Virus record (IMG/VR): IMGVR_UViG_3300042090_001530 | Location: 138,491 to 202,490 of that record | Length of the DNA stretch: 64,000 nt | Reading direction: 5' to 3' (one strand) | From: a virus | Lineage: Duplodnaviria > Caudoviricetes | In this document: positions 10,655 to 20,269 of the stretch, in pieces | Layout of the letters: each line of letters opens with the position of its first letter | How positions within the stretch are numbered: position 1 is the first letter of the stretch | Notes under the pieces: generated by a model | Seen by the model: the letters and a program-made list of their open reading frames with translations, nothing else | Told to the model about the DNA's origin: nothing | Database searches by the model: none | Position numbers and translations under genes: made by a program

Positions 10655-10724
10655 CGCCAGGTTGTTGGTTCGATCCCAACGCGAGGCTCTTCGTGCCTCG
10701 CTAGCTCAATCGGCAGAGCAGGCG
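10655..10724 (+). ncRNA. Circularly permuted tRNA-like (Y-RNA/YrlA-like) module 2
   Basis: CGCC, AGGTT, T-arm GTTGG-TTCGATC-CCAAC (10664-80), acceptor hairpin GCGAGGC/GCCTCGC (10681-701), TA + D-arm GCTC-AATCGGCA-GAGC, A, GGCG pairing with CGCC. Confidence 0.75.
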
Positions 10725-10899
10725 CTTCAAGGTGACGGTGTTCCTTAAACGTCGCGGGTGTGACAAATGGCTGTCAACTGACTCGATATCAGTGATTGGG
10801 ACCCTCGGGATGGATATGGCCCGGGGGTTCCGCCATGTCCGGGCAACCGTCGCCGGACAGGCTCGGACACCACCGGACAGCGCCCCGTACGCTGTTCGC

Positions 10900-11193
10900 A
10901 TGTGCCGTTACGCGATGAGCGACTATCGGACGCACTTCGTGTGCACGTTGTGCCGCCGCTCGTTCAAGCACGAGCCCGGTAGTGAGCAGCGCTGCCCTGG
11001 CTGCCGCGGGCCGATGGTGGATGCGGGCCGGGACCTTGAGGTGCCGCGGCGTGGTGACGTGGCCGGGTGGCGTGCGCTGGCCGCAGTGCTCGACGCGGGG
11101 CTGACGTTCCATTCGTGCGGCTGCAACGGGCCCGGCTACCGGCCGAGAACGCCGGCCGCAGCCCGGCAGGTGGCATTCGCCAGCCGTAGATAG
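10900..11193 (+). CDS. Small Zn-ribbon protein
   Basis: MCRYAMSDYRTHFVCTLCRRSFK...CPGC...HSCGC; followed by a strong terminator hairpin. Confidence 0.7.
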   Translation: MCRYAMSDYRTHFVCTLCRRSFKHEPGSEQRCPGCRGPMVDAGRDLEVPRRGDVAGWRALAAVLDAGLTFHSCGCNGPGYRPRTPAAARQVAFASRR

Positions 11194-11194
11194 C

Positions 11195-11226
11195 GCGACC
11201 GCCCCGGTTTCGGCCGGGGCGGTCGC
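11195..11226. terminator. Intrinsic terminator-like hairpin between convergent units
   Basis: Perfect 13-bp stem GCGACCGCCCCGG/CCGGGGCGGTCGC with TTTCGG loop. Confidence 0.8.
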
Positions 11227-11448
11227 TTCTCTGTAGGCGGGACGTCAGGGCCGTCTCTTGCAGTTCGACGGAACTGGCCGGTCAAGCGCTTAGCGGACCG
11301 GACACCCTTCCCTAAGCGGCGTCCCTAATTGGGAGTCCAGCGCGCCGCAGTGCCGTGGTGTCCTGCGACGCTGAGTACAGGATACGCGACGGGTCCGCGC
11401 GTGTCCGGGAGGCCTGACTAGTTGTCCGACGCTGGCCCACGGCCGCGT

Positions 11449-11718
11449 CTACGCCGCTGGCATGTCCCGCAAGGCGTCGCGCACCGCGTCCCAAGGGAAT
11501 ACCACGAGTCGTCCGTCGCTGCCGATGTCGGCGCCGTCGGGCAGTTGGGCGCGGAGTTCCTCGGCCCTGTCTTTGCCGATGTACGCGATGCTGCCGTCGG
11601 ACAGGATGAACACGTCCGGGCAGTTCATGCCCTGTGAGCTGCCGCGTTCCTGCGGTGTCGATCCGAGTCGGCCCACGATGGTGACTGGCGCGTGCCCGTC
11701 GCTGTCGGCAGATCCCAT
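11449..11718 (-). CDS. Conserved Streptomyces-type hypothetical protein (RLGSTP...CPDVF)
   Basis: ATG 11718; last gene of the radical SAM / methyltransferase cassette. Confidence 0.65.
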   Translation of the reverse strand: MGSADSDGHAPVTIVGRLGSTPQERGSSQGMNCPDVFILSDGSIAYIGKDRAEELRAQLPDGADIGSDGRLVVFPWDAVRDALRDMPAA

Positions 11719-11789
11719 GCCTGCGCTCCCTTCTTCGACGGCGCGCGAAGCGGCGTGGCCAACCGTAGCAGCGCGCCCGAATTGGCGTC

Positions 11790-12935
11790 TCAGGCCTTGA
11801 CGATCGCCCCCCAGTGCCCGCGGCTGAGCCGGATCGTGCCGTCGAGCCCGACGGTCGCGTTCGCACCGTACAGCGGCAGGCGCCCTTCGATCAGCCACCT
11901 CTTCTTGAGCCCGTCGAGGCTGCGCCACAGGTCGATCGGGCCACTCACGTGGACCGTAGGGAGTTGCCCGATGGAGCCTTCGGCGCGGGCCCATGAACCT
12001 TCCCGATCCCAGATCAGGCTGATCGCGTAGGTGCCGCGTCGCACCCACCGCGTTTGGATGCCCTGATGCTGGACGGCGAGGTTGGAGTACAACTCCCACG
12101 CGTCGTCGAGGTCGGTCAGCGGGAACACGCCCGCGCGCGCCGACTGGTCGCCGCTGGACTCGAGCATCAGGTCGAGTCGCCGCTTCGAGACTTCCGGCGG
12201 ATAGGTGTCGGAGTGGCGTGCGGGCATGAACCCGGCCCAGTCGCGTTCGATACGCCCGAGCAGCGTCCCGTCGGGTTGTCGGTTGGCGGTGAGGATCGCC
12301 GTCGTGCCGTCGAGCACCGTGACGATCCGGCCGCCGGGCCGTAGGGCTTCGATCCACGCGGGCGGGATCGGGCTGACGGCGACGGTCGCGACGATCCGGT
12401 CGTACGTGCCGGGCACGATCCGGGTCGCGTCGCACACCTCGAGGGTGGGCGTCAGGCCGTTTGCCTCGAGGCGTTCACGCGCGGCCTTCACCAGGTACGG
12501 GTCTACGTCGACCGAGGTGACATGCCTGTCGCCGAGGCGCGTGCACAGCAGGGCGGTGCCGTATCCGGAGCCGGTGCCGACGTCGAGGACGTCCATGCCG
12601 TCGACGAGTTGGCCGTGCCGGTACATCTGGATCAGCAGTCCGGGATGCGTGCTCGACGACGTGGGCCTACCGTCGTCCAGGGTCGTGCCGGGGGCCGCCG
12701 CGTCCGCGTGCATCGTGCCGACGCGGGTGACGAGCGAGACGTCCCGGTATGCGGCATCGACCCATCGGTCTGGGTTCTGCTTGCCGCCGTGGTTGACCCA
12801 TCCGTCGCCGCGACGCGCCCACCAGGAGGGCACGTATTCGTGCCGGGGGACCGATGCTAGGGGTTGGCGCCAGCGGGAGACGCCGGGCGTGACGGCGGCG
12901 GCCATGTCGGCGGCGCGCGTTTTCCAGTCGGGCAC
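11790..12935 (-). CDS. Protein-L-isoaspartate O-methyltransferase-like (PIMT/PCMT) SAM methyltransferase with C-terminal extension
   Basis: VPRHEYVP, SSSTHPGL, VLDVGTGSGYGTALL, VTSVDVD, YDRIVATVAV motifs; 381 aa. Confidence 0.85.
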   Translation of the reverse strand: MPDWKTRAADMAAAVTPGVSRWRQPLASVPRHEYVPSWWARRGDGWVNHGGKQNPDRWVDAAYRDVSLVTRVGTMHADAAAPGTTLDDGRPTSSSTHPGLLIQMYRHGQLVDGMDVLDVGTGSGYGTALLCTRLGDRHVTSVDVDPYLVKAARERLEANGLTPTLEVCDATRIVPGTYDRIVATVAVSPIPPAWIEALRPGGRIVTVLDGTTAILTANRQPDGTLLGRIERDWAGFMPARHSDTYPPEVSKRRLDLMLESSGDQSARAGVFPLTDLDDAWELYSNLAVQHQGIQTRWVRRGTYAISLIWDREGSWARAEGSIGQLPTVHVSGPIDLWRSLDGLKKRWLIEGRLPLYGANATVGLDGTIRLSRGHWGAIVKA

Positions 12936-12938
12936 GGG

Positions 12939-13844
12939 TCAGTCCTTGGTTCTCTGTGTGAGCCGGATGGTCGGGAACGGCGGCGTGTAGTCGTAGGCCG
13001 GGGCGCATGCGGGGGTGCGGGCCGGGTCGCAGTCGTTCGAGTCGTCCGGTGTGCATGGGTCGCTGCTGCGGCGCGGGATGCTGCGCATGTGCCGGTTCCA
13101 GGTCGGGCCGGCGAGGATCCCGGCGAGTGTCGCACCGTCGAGGAGGTTGCCTGCACGCAGGCCGCGGCCGAGCACGCACGGGGCGACGGTGCCGTCCGGT
13201 AGGATCGCGAGCCGTCCGTCACCGCAGCGCCCGCACAGTTCGGTGACAGGCGCGTCAATGTCCGGGTTCGGGCTGGCCCGGCCGACACCGCGCGCCCGGT
13301 CTATCTTCACCAGATCTTCGGGGACGCCGAGCCCGATCAACTCCGCTTTGGCTTCGTCGGCGCGTTGGCCCGGAAGCACTCGGACGATGCCGACCTGCAG
13401 CGGGATGCCCAGGTTTAGGGCCGTGACGATGTTCGCGCGCGTCCGGGCGTGGCTGCCGGGCTTCGTCGTGACCGCATCATGCTCGGCCGCGACGTCGGAG
13501 TAGTACGACGTGCCGAGGGTCACGCGCGGATTGGAGAACGCGTCCCAATGCTGCGCGGTGACGCTGTAGAGGTTCGAGTAGACCTGCACTTTGAGGCCTT
13601 CGAAGCCGAGGACGTAGTCGAGCAGTTCGAGCCAGTGCGGTGACGCGGTCGGCTCGCCGCCGATGAGTTGGATGGTTTCGGCGCCGCAGTCGCGGGCTTG
13701 GCGCACTGCAGCCTTCCAGTCTTCGAGGGTCATCGCGCCGTGGTGTGCGCCCGGATGCGAGCGCGTCAGACAGTGGGTGCACTTGAGTTGGCAGGCATGG
13801 GTGAGTTCGAGTTCGACGAGGCGCGGGACTGCGTCGGCGCCCAT
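12939..13844 (-). CDS. Radical SAM protein with SPASM/Twitch-like C-terminus and Cys/Asp-rich tail
   Basis: CQLKCTHC (CxxxCxxC), IGGEP, LCGRCGDGRLAILPDGTVAPC; tail DPCTPDDSNDCDPARTPACAPAY. Confidence 0.9.
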   Translation of the reverse strand: MGADAVPRLVELELTHACQLKCTHCLTRSHPGAHHGAMTLEDWKAAVRQARDCGAETIQLIGGEPTASPHWLELLDYVLGFEGLKVQVYSNLYSVTAQHWDAFSNPRVTLGTSYYSDVAAEHDAVTTKPGSHARTRANIVTALNLGIPLQVGIVRVLPGQRADEAKAELIGLGVPEDLVKIDRARGVGRASPNPDIDAPVTELCGRCGDGRLAILPDGTVAPCVLGRGLRAGNLLDGATLAGILAGPTWNRHMRSIPRRSSDPCTPDDSNDCDPARTPACAPAYDYTPPFPTIRLTQRTKD

Positions 13845-13872
13845 GGCGCTCCTTGTGGTCGGTGGGTGGGGG

Positions 13873-14346
13873 TTAAGCCGAGACGCGTTGCAGTACTACG
13901 GTAGGCGGGTCCTCGGCGTGGGCGCCCGCGCTCATGGTCGCCCCGATCGCGAGTGACGCCCACACCAGCTTGCCGAGCCTGGCGGGTTCCGTGCCCCATT
14001 CTGCGGCGAGCGCGTCCACGATCTGCAGGCCGCGCCCGGTTTCTGCGTCGTCGTCGGCGTCGCGTTCCAGCGGCATGGCATCTTTCGCGTCCTGGACTTC
14101 GACGAACAGCAGTCCGTCGTCGGCTTCGCGGTCGGTGTAGATGGTGAGGAACGCAGGCTCCGCACCATGCATCACGGCGTTGGTGACGAGCTCGGATGTG
14201 ATCAGGTCTGCTGCGTCCGCGAGATGCCCGAGACCCCACTTGGCCAGGGCGGCGTCGAGGATGCGGCGGGCCTGGTGCGGCGCAGAGCGGGTGAGGGCGA
14301 ACTGCGTGGAGACGCGTTCGTGGGTGCGGGGCAGGCGGGTGTTCAC
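13873..14346 (-). CDS. ATP-binding protein, HATPase_c_2 (anti-sigma kinase-like)
   Basis: LITSELVTNAVMHG, VEVQD, GRGLQIVDALAAEWG, GKLVWA; start uncertain. Confidence 0.85.
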   Translation of the reverse strand: MNTRLPRTHERVSTQFALTRSAPHQARRILDAALAKWGLGHLADAADLITSELVTNAVMHGAEPAFLTIYTDREADDGLLFVEVQDAKDAMPLERDADDDAETGRGLQIVDALAAEWGTEPARLGKLVWASLAIGATMSAGAHAEDPPTVVLQRVSA

Positions 14347-14686
14347 CGGGGCGCCCCGGCGCGTGGCTGCGGCCGGCTGGCGGCGGACTGGGGCGCCTTG
14401 GGCGCCTCGGTTCGATGGGGCGCCGTCGTCGCTCGCATACCGTGCCGCTCCTCGCTGCCGAAGGAAAAGGTGCGCTGTGCAATGTGCATACGATTGCGCG
14501 CCGGTCGCCCGATGGCTAGATGCGCGGACCCGGGTGTAGTGCATCCGGGTCCGGAGCCCGGCGGCCGCTGCGTGTGGACCACGGGCACTCCCCAGATTGA
14601 TACGGCTGCACTAAGACAGGTGTATCACCGCCGTAGTACGCTGCCAAGACATACCGCACAGGAACCTGAAAGAAGGACGTCAACCC

Positions 14687-15418
14687 GTGACGCCGAAACA
14701 GCGCACCGAACCCACCCACCGACGCGACGAAATCGCCGAAGCACTCCGCGGACGCATCGGCATCGGCGAATTCGCCCCCGGGGCCGAAGTGCCGTCCGGA
14801 CGGGAACTCGCCGCCCAATACGACTGCGCGCCCATGACCGCCAACGCCGCCCTGCACATACTCGCCGAGGACGGCGTCATCACCATCCGGCCCGGCCGAG
14901 GGTCGATCGTCGCCCGGGCCGTCCCGTCGATCGCCGGGCCCGCCGAGAGGATGAACCGCTCGCGTTCCGGCACCCTGTTCCGCGAGGGCGACGTCCAGGA
15001 GATCCTGCGCTGCCACCTGACGCGGGGACATCCGGACGCGCGGGCCGCGTTGCGCGTGTTCGACGACGAGGAACTGGGCGCCCGCGACTACCTGGTGCGC
15101 AACGCGGCCGGCGCGGTCGTGACGCGTGCGACGTCGTATGTGCATCCGGACGTGTGGACGGCGGTCGCCGAGATCCGGGGGCCGGCGCCGATCCGGGACG
15201 GCATCATCGGCGCGATCCGGCGTGTCCTGGGGCGCGAGGCGGTCGACACCCCGACGCGGCGCAAGGCCGCCCATGCGACGGATGAGGAGGCCGCCGTGTT
15301 CGGCGTGCCGGAGGGCTCCCCGGTGCTCGTCGAGGTCACCGAATGCCAGCTGCGGGACGGCACGGTCGTGGAGTGGAACGTGTCGGTGCACCCGGAAGGG
15401 TACTGGGTCGGGCGGTAA
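14687..15418 (+). CDS. GntR-family (HutC/KorSA-like) regulator with UTRA domain
   Basis: N-terminal wHTH (PSGRELAAQY...GRGSIV) plus UTRA; divergent from the radical SAM cassette. Confidence 0.85.
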   Translation: MTPKQRTEPTHRRDEIAEALRGRIGIGEFAPGAEVPSGRELAAQYDCAPMTANAALHILAEDGVITIRPGRGSIVARAVPSIAGPAERMNRSRSGTLFREGDVQEILRCHLTRGHPDARAALRVFDDEELGARDYLVRNAAGAVVTRATSYVHPDVWTAVAEIRGPAPIRDGIIGAIRRVLGREAVDTPTRRKAAHATDEEAAVFGVPEGSPVLVEVTECQLRDGTVVEWNVSVHPEGYWVGR

Positions 15419-17524
15419 GTGTCTTCAGTCGCCGCCGTCTCCAGCCTCGAGCGTGAGCCGAACTCCAGTGCCGCCGGGATCGACTACGGCGGCGCGCAGG
15501 ATCCGGGTGACCGTGGTGGGCGGCGGTCCCTTGAGCGTGATGAGGATCGACTCGCCGATCTGGTCCGCGAAGGCGTCAGGTGCGAACCGGGAGTCGAGCG
15601 GGGACGGCTGCCAGAGTTCGATCATTTCGGGGACGTGCCCCATCGTGCCCGTGTTACTTCCGCAGCCGCGTGGCGCCCCGGCCGGGCTCGGGTACAGGTC
15701 GACGTCCTCGCCGAACACGAGCGTCGTCTCGCCGGGAGTCGGGCAGCCCGGTTCGCAGAAATGCCGCCCGACGTGCCCGCGCTGCTTGCGGCAGCCGTGC
15801 GTGCCCCAGTACACGCGGCACGGGCCTTTCGCCGCGAGCTTCCGGGCCTTACCGCGCATCAGCCGACCTCGGTCCCGGTCGCGTCATCAAGCATCCGGCC
15901 GACGTAGTCGAGGTCGAGCCAGCACACCCAACCGCCTTCGTCCTGTCGAGTCGAGTCGGGGGCCCGGCACAGTCGGCCCACGTGCGCCCGGATTTCCGCG
16001 TCCAGGTCAGCCATCGGCGCCCGCCGTCTCCGTCTCGATCGCGGGCTTCTCGCCGACGTAGTCCTCGCGACAGCCCTCGCAGTACCGAATATGCACCGTG
16101 TCCCAGGCGGAGACGGGTTCGCCGGCCTCCTGGTGCTCACGGGCGCCGCACTCCGAGCACACGTCGAACCCGCCGCAGCAGCATCCGGGGCACGACCCGG
16201 ACGTCGTGTGCCAGCCGGACCAGGGCTCGCCGGAACCGTCGTCGAACCGGGCCCAGCGGAAGCGGGCGTCAGCCATCGCTCAGCACCTCCCAGCCGACTT
16301 GCCGCAGGAGTCTCGCCGCGTCGCCTTCACTGGGCCCCCACCGCACCCAGTTCGGGCGTGCAGAAGCCGCGATGGGCGCGTTTCCGGGGGTATCGATGAC
16401 GAGTTCGGCTACCTCGATGAGGACTCGCCCGTCCGGGGTCCACCAACGTCGGACTATCGGCGCGAGAGGGCTTGGGTTGGTGTCGGAGTCCCAGAGTTGC
16501 ATGTCGTCGCTGGTGCCTGGCAAGAACTCTGTGGCCATGTACTTCTGCCAGGTGACGTCACTCCTGTCCGGGCCGGAGCGGTCGAGGACGCGCAGCCGCA
16601 GAATGATCTCAGGCATCGCGGCCTCCGACGTAGGCGCAGGCCTGGATCTCTTCGAGACGCATATCGGGCATCGGGTCAGCCACGGTCGGCCGCCCTCGGG
16701 TGGTCCGGGTGCAGCCGGGGCCAGTACTGCGACACGGGGATGCCGTGCCCGCGCAGGTGCGCCTGGACCAGCGTCATCATCTCGGCGACCGTGCCGTCCA
16801 TGTGCAGGCCGCCGCACGAGCAGTCGACAAGGAACAGGACCGGTTCGCTCGATGTCAGGCCTCGGAAGTCGAGGTGCGGGGTGGCGGTCAGCGTGTGGTT
16901 GCGGCACTCGACGCGGACCGCGTCGTCGTCAGCGAGAAGGTCAGTCATCGTCACCCTCCATCGGCTCGTCCGCCTCCATCAGCAACGTCCACAACCAATC
17001 CACGCGCAGCGGCAACTCCTGCGCTCCGCGGTGCGTCACGCCAATGACCGGCGAGCCGTAGCCTTGCGCGTGGTCGTCGATCCACTCCAGGATGCGCTTC
17101 GCCGCTTCGAGTCGCTTCCCGCTCACGGCGGGCCGGGCCAGCCGTAGCGCGCACAATTCGTCGTTGGACTCCCGGAAGCGGGCGCGGATCTCCCGTTCGG
17201 CCGCCGTGGCGCGCTCCAGCCTCTTCAGGAGCGTCGCCGTGTCGTCGTCAGCCTCCGGGCTGCCCGCGGCGCCCCTGTCGTAGCTGTCGCCCTCGGCCGC
17301 GAACGCCTCCTCGGCGAGCGCGCAAGCTGCGCCGTCGCGGTACTGGTCGTAGGCGTTCAGGATGTCAGCGAGGCACGATCGGACGGCCCCGGTCGGCGAG
17401 TGCATCTTGCTGGCCTGCTCGTCGAGGATCGCGGTTAGCTCGGGCGGGATGGTTTCGGCGGTCCAGCGCGCCATCATCTCAGGCATTCCCGTCTCCCATT
17501 CCGGGTCGTGCAACATGGATTCGG

Positions 17525-17546
17525 ATCGTGCCCTTCGCCACCGACG
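17525..17546 (-). promoter_or_regulatory. PafBC/RecA-NDp-like promoter (variant)
   Basis: Minus strand CGTCGG-TGGCGAAGGG-CACGAT, 8 nt upstream of the ATG at 17516. Confidence 0.4.
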
Positions 17547-19428
17547 GGTCAGATGTCACCGGGATCCCTGCCAAGTCGGCGAGCGGCACGCGCGGCCCGG
17601 TCGGCTGGTTCGGCGAATCGGCGTACTCCAATCGCATCCACGTGCCCGCCTCAGTAATTGCCCTATAGCCAGCGAAGTCGCCGAGTTGGACGGTGCACCG
17701 CTCGCCGCAGCCACGCTGCCGATGTGGGACGCCTACGCCGAAGTGCCACAGGCCCGGCATGGGCTCGGCGAACGCCTGAACCCAGGCGGACAGCGCGTCC
17801 TCGAGGGCGTTGCCGCGTTCCCGTTCCGCCGCGGCCTGACCCTTCCACGCCTCGGCATCATCGGACCACTCGTCGTCATGCATCTCGGGCCGCCTCCCGT
17901 TCGCGCCGGATGGCGGAGAGCGCGGCCTCTTCCTCGACGGTGGGCGCCGGGAGCCCCCAAGCGCCGAGCAACTGGTTGCGGACTTTCCGCACACCGTCAG
18001 GGCCGGTGTGCGGCTGGCACAGGCCCCAGAGCGGGCCGCGCCGAAAGTCTTCAACGGCCTCGGTTTCGAACCCGCATTCACGGCAGGCGCCGTAGATCTT
18101 GCCGCCGTGCTTGTCGGTGCGGATCCCGGCGTAGCAGGTCGGCGTCGCGCCCGTGCCCTTGCGTAGGACGAGGATCGGCCTGTTGTACAACTCGCGCCGC
18201 CGGTCTTGCCCGGCCGCATGCTTGTGGGCGAAGCGCACAAGTTGGGCGCGCCGAGCCATCGGGGTGTCGTACTCGGTCGCCCATCCGCAGGCGCAGGTGG
18301 CTTGCAGCATGTCGGCCGGTAGGTAGAACAGGTCGGTGACCTTGATGCTGCAGTCCTTGAGCGGGTCTCCGATCGTCATGACCGTGATCGGGGTCGCCCG
18401 GTCGGCGTCGGTATCCGGGACGGCGTCCCACGGGATGAGGCCCTGCTCGGCGAGCGCGGTCGGCACGTGCTCGGCCAGCGCTTCCTGCTCCGGCTGGAAT
18501 CCGGCGCTCACCCCGACGCGGATCCAGATACGGGTGCCGCGATAGTCGCAGTACACGGTGGTCAGCGAGTAGTAGGCGGTCTCGCGGGGTATCGGGCGCG
18601 CCAGGTCCGCCGCCTCAAAGGTGAGGCACAGTGGACGCGGGACGTCGACCATGTAGCTGATGAAGTCGCTCGGGATCGGGCGCAGCAGGCCGGCGACCGG
18701 GCCGTCGATGAACACGGCCTTCTCGGCGGTGATCTCCCTAGGCTTGGCGACCTTGTACCGCGGGTAGTCGCCGCTTGCTATCTGAGCGCCGATCGCGCGG
18801 GCGGTCGTGCACTGTAGCGGTGCGTTGATCTGCGCTGCGTAGCTTCGCGGTTCGGCTGGGCCATGGCAGCGGCACTGGCATCTGCCGAGCCATTCGCAGA
18901 TTCCGTAACAGTTCTCGTGCCCGCAGGGTCCGTACACTTCTCCGTCGAGGCAGCGCTCCATTTCGGGCCGGTCGGCCGAGTCTTCGGCGTTGCCCGCGGC
19001 GCACAGGGCGTCGTCGTGCACGGGATCAACCACGGTCGCCCTCGCAGTTCTCGACGACGGGGAGGCCGCCGCCGTCGCACATGAGCGCGTCCCACGCGCC
19101 GAGCCGCGCGCCAATCACCACGTCCTCGTAGCTGGCGGTCTTGGAGTGCCCGATGAGCGCGCCGTCGAGCACGAGCACGTTGGTCATGCCGCACCAGGGG
19201 CAGCTCGCCCACGCGAGTACCGGCTCAGTCACCATCGGTCGCCTCGCAGCCAAGCACGTCCGCGACGTGCCGTCGTAGCGCGGCCCGGTCAGCGTGCCGC
19301 AGCGCCCTGGTCGCGCGAGCGGTGTCTGCGCAGACCGGACCCGGTCGAGCGCGGCAGTACGGGCATCGCGGGCCGCAGTAAGCGCCAGCCATGCGGTCAC
19401 GTGGCGAGGGAGGGGGGACGGTGCGCAT

Positions 19429-19440
19429 GCGACCAGTATG
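19429..19440 (-). promoter_or_regulatory. Putative leaderless promoter (-10 CATACT, GGTCGC, ATG)
   Basis: Minus strand CATACT-GGTCGC-ATG(19428). Confidence 0.45.
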
Positions 19441-19816
19441 CAGCGGTCGGGCATCCGATGATCTGACCTTTGTGTCGATCGCTCAGCTGCCGCAATCCGG
19501 CTCGTCCTCGGCAAGTTCAGCAGGGGCCTCGTCGCGCGACTGAGGATGGTGGAACAGCCGTTCGCCAGCCGCCGCGAGCGCGTTCGAGATGTCCAGCGCG
19601 CTGGCCTTCGGATTGGCCACGAACGCATTCTTCGCGAACACCGCCGCACGCAGCAGGACGGCACCGGCATGCTCGTCGGGGACGCCGTCGAGGTCCCGGT
19701 GGAAGTCGCCGGCGATCTGCTTGGCCAACCGGCGGCCTTCGGGGAGTTGCGCACCGGCACGCTTGCGGACCTCGGCAGCGAGTTGATCGATCTCGGGATT
19801 CATCGTCACCTCGCCA

Positions 19817-20269
19817 TCATCCCGCAAGGACTGGATCCCAGCCGGGTACGACGGTCAGCGGGATGCCTTCGCGCACCCACAGGGCGCAGGGCTCGGGCCG
19901 GTCGTCGTACGCGTGCACGGGCCTGTATCGGAGCCGGATCTTCGCAAGGATCTCAGCCTTGATGACCTCGTCGGGCCGGCAGTCGTTATTCGGCCGCATG
20001 TACATGGCGTCGCTCGGAACCGAGTGCAATGCCAAGGTCCACGCGCTCACGTGCCGGTAGCGGATCTGCCGGGCGGTCGTGATCAGGATGGCGCGGCCGA
20101 GCTTGGCGTGCTCGCGCAACTCGTCCACGACCCACTGGTTGACGGGGCAGTTGACGCTGGCCATGTGGAAGGCGTGGAAACGGCCGGGACCGTTGATCAG
20201 ATGCCGGATGCCGCGAACGTCGACGATCGTGCCATCAAGATCCGCGATGACGGCCTCGGGCAGGATCAC
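19817..20269 (-). CDS. HAD-superfamily polynucleotide 3'-phosphatase (PNK phosphatase domain-like)
   Basis: DLDGT motif I, TAR motif II, MRPNND.RPD..IK, YDDRP motif; GTGA-coupled to upstream gene. Confidence 0.85.
   Translation of the reverse strand: MILPEAVIADLDGTIVDVRGIRHLINGPGRFHAFHMASVNCPVNQWVVDELREHAKLGRAILITTARQIRYRHVSAWTLALHSVPSDAMYMRPNNDCRPDEVIKAEILAKIRLRYRPVHAYDDRPEPCALWVREGIPLTVVPGWDPVLAG

Larger units (their letters stand above)
15425..19803 (-). other. Run of small hypothetical genes, several Cys/His-rich
   Basis: Coupled ORFs, e.g. 15425-15859, 16007-16276, 16676-16954, 16941-17516, 19225-19428, 19483-19803. Confidence 0.6.

Noticed and set aside
10502-10724. Canonical tRNA genes or a two-piece tmRNA
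   Set aside because: Arm order is permuted and there is no anticodon loop; cross-module acceptor strands do not pair; no G3-U70 alanine identity or encoded CCA.
12939-13844. Radical SAM as the FxsB maturase for the FxSxx peptide
   Set aside because: 10 kb away, in a different operon, shorter than FxsB and lacking its recalled N-terminal motif; link unsupported.
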